A stretch of 64,000 nt of DNA, taken from positions 2,071,544 through 2,135,543 of the forward strand of contig CAVUWY010000002.1 of the NCBI GenBank assembly GCA_963745405.1, read 5' to 3'. Position numbers and translations under genes: made by a program. The DNA is from an uncultured Chloroflexia bacterium (GTDB lineage Bacteria > Chloroflexota > Limnocylindria > Limnocylindrales > CSP1-4). The notes under the pieces were generated by a model. It worked only from the letters and a program-made list of their open reading frames with translations, did not search any database and was not told the origin of the DNA. The number at the start of each line of letters is the position of its first letter. Position 1 is the stretch's first letter. Positions 63,692 to 64,000 of the stretch are shown here, one piece after another.

Positions 63692-64000
63692 GTGTCGTCC
63701 GCGGCGGGCCTGGCGGCCGCCCGACCGGCCGAGGGCTCCAGCGGGGGCGACTCGCCCGAGATCGTCCGGGCGACCGGCGTGGGCAAGGTCTTCGCCACCG
63801 ACGACGGCCCGGTGATCGCTCTCGAACGGGTCGACCTGACGGTCCGTCGCGGCGACTTCGTGTCCATCATCGGGCCGTCCGGCTGCGGAAAGTCGACCCT
63901 GCTTCGGATCGTCGGGGACCTGACCGAACCGACGAAGGGCGACATCCGGGTCAACGACAAGCCCGCCCGCCAGGCCCGCCTCGACCGCGATTACGGGATG
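63692..64000 (+). CDS. ABC transporter ATP-binding protein (NitT/TauT-type, SsuB/TauB-like). The 3' end lies outside the window.
   Basis: Walker A IIGPSGCGKSTLLR. Confidence 0.7.
   Translation, partial: MSSAAGLAAARPAEGSSGGDSPEIVRATGVGKVFATDDGPVIALERVDLTVRRGDFVSIIGPSGCGKSTLLRIVGDLTEPTKGDIRVNDKPARQARLDRDYGM

Overview
This is a 64 kb stretch of very high-GC (about 70-73%) chromosomal DNA that looks actinobacterial (Thermoleophilia/Actinomycetia-like gene content and order). It carries about 60 protein-coding genes, mostly core and accessory metabolism:
- Start of window: dimethylglycine/sarcosine-dehydrogenase family gene (5' partial) and etfBA.
- Two ECF sigma / anti-sigma pairs, and two RelE/ParE-type toxin-antitoxin pairs plus an orphan ribbon-helix-helix (RHH) protein.
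- sufB-sufD-Rieske, then an FAD oxidoreductase / ornithine cyclodeaminase pair, a ferritin-like/VIT1 protein, and Lrp.
- ubiE/menG, lgt, a plsC-like acyltransferase, and a cbs-GNAT-metB block.
- A very large zinc-ribbon + adenylyl-cyclase + STAND NTPase + TPR gene.
- A cluster of secreted/surface proteins (TIGR03118, PT-repeat protein, glycosyltransferase, LGFP protein).
- ArsR/EamA, pckA, mdh, a SARP regulator, and a caspase-like secreted peptidase.
- At the 3' end, a reductive-pyrimidine / beta-alanine type module: mmsA, dihydropyrimidinase, carbon-nitrogen (CN) hydrolase, LLM F420 oxidoreductase, PLP decarboxylase, class-III aminotransferase, MFS and ABC transporters.

I found no rRNA, tRNA, CRISPR array, transposase or integrase. 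Several unusual tandem or direct repeats and one motif cluster are present.

The dominant technical observation is that at least about 20 genes need single-base indels, mostly in short homopolymers, to restore full-length conserved proteins. This includes essential genes such as sufB and sufD. That pattern points to assembly or consensus errors rather than real pseudogenes. The possible exception is the STAND/cyclase gene, which carries a much denser load of frameshifts.

Coordinates include stop codons. Start codons were chosen from ribosome-binding sites and overlaps where visible. All homology calls come from reading the translated ORFs, not from database searches.
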